64,000 nt of DNA from Tubulanus polymorphus (Eukaryota > Animalia > Nemertea), in assembly GCF_964204645.1 (NCBI RefSeq), contig NC_134027.1, positions 11,378,485-11,442,484 of the forward strand. The letters are read 5' to 3'. The notes under the pieces are model-generated. The model was not told the origin of the DNA. It did not search any database and saw only the letters and a program-made list of their open reading frames with translations. This document shows positions 62,992 through 64,000 of this stretch, piece by piece; positions within the stretch are counted from its first letter, which is position 1; each line of letters starts with the position of its first letter. Made by a program: the position numbers and the translations under genes.

Positions 62992-64000
62992 GCGATGCTG
63001 GCGCCAGAAACTGCGTATGCGATCTGTTGAACGATCGAAACGTTTACAAAGCTGAATAGCTGAATACATACTAGTATCATGCGAACAATCAGCTGATAAA
63101 TTCAAGTGACACAAATGAGAAATTCACTTCTAAGGCCTTTTCAATTACTGGTTATACGCAGACCTGCCAACCCTGAATTTTTTTTCCAAGTAACACATAT
63201 CTAAATTTTAAGTATTTTCAGAAATTTCTAAGGAACCAACCTTTTAACTGGTAATTTTCATGAAAAATAAGGAGTTTCCTTAACTAAACACAAAAATTAA
63301 AATTTCATCTATCAAAATCGGCGCTATTGCACTTTCGTACCCCCCTCCCAAAAAGTTTTATTTCTGCATATTTATTATCAGGGAGGTCTAGGGATTCAAA
63401 ATGAGTAACTTTTGACCCAAAAACTTACTTTTTCTATGCTAAATTTTTGATATTTTTGGCCCTAAATCGCGTCTAAATTCGCCGATTCACGACGTCAACC
63501 ACGCCATATTGGATGTTAATCATAGTTTCTAACCATCCACTGAAATGTCGTGACATTAAAAGTTTGCGAAAACCATGTTTTCAAACATAACCATTCCTGA
63601 AAATGACGCATATGGTTGCATTATTTTCATGTGTAGCTATTGATTTAAAGATGTACTGATGTAGGAAAGTTATATGCCCAAAAAAGAAATTTTGCCAATT
63701 CAATTCAATTAAATTTATTGAGGCATATTCATTCAGATGTTTTTTAGGTGGTAATTAGTGCGGAAACATGGCTGACCCGTCGGTTTGAATCGAAGAAATC
63801 TCAAGTTTAGGATCGTGTGTGTCACTAGGCTCAGATTGAGATGATGGATTTGAAGAAAACTCGGCATCAGACATGGCAGAATTATCCTAACCAGACGCCA
63901 TTTTTGATTCAACATAGATGGCAGTAGCTGACAGAACTTCATAATAGGAGGTCACAAAGCAGTCAGTGTTCCGCCAAAGATCGTTGAAAATTTATTCTGG

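Overview
Eukaryotic, repeat-rich animal DNA; the repeat families and receptor type suggest a marine invertebrate, possibly lophotrochozoan (inference). I can support only one protein-coding gene: an intronless class A GPCR (21897-23015, +) of the FMRFamide-receptor/GPR139-like group, with several canonical activation residues substituted. The rest is a mosaic of CpG-rich unique stretches and many short non-autonomous transposons: about 17 copies of one Harbinger-like MITE, several other Harbinger-type MITE families, piggyBac-type and hAT-like MITEs, DINE-1/Helentron-like elements, a tRNA-derived SINE, 5'-truncated LINE ends, and micro/minisatellites. The most interesting signals are (1) a textbook recursive-splice (ratchet) site on the minus strand at 12686/12687, which would place the window in a giant intron with the GPCR nested antisense; (2) a MITE family whose two terminal inverted repeats each carry an outward-facing Pol III B box/tRNA T-arm; (3) 26-35 bp P-element-like relics with 7-bp target duplications that resemble excision footprints; (4) a minisatellite amplified from a MITE interior. 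Repeat boundaries were read by eye and are approximate unless terminal repeats are quoted; superfamily calls rest on termini/TSD patterns, not database searches.
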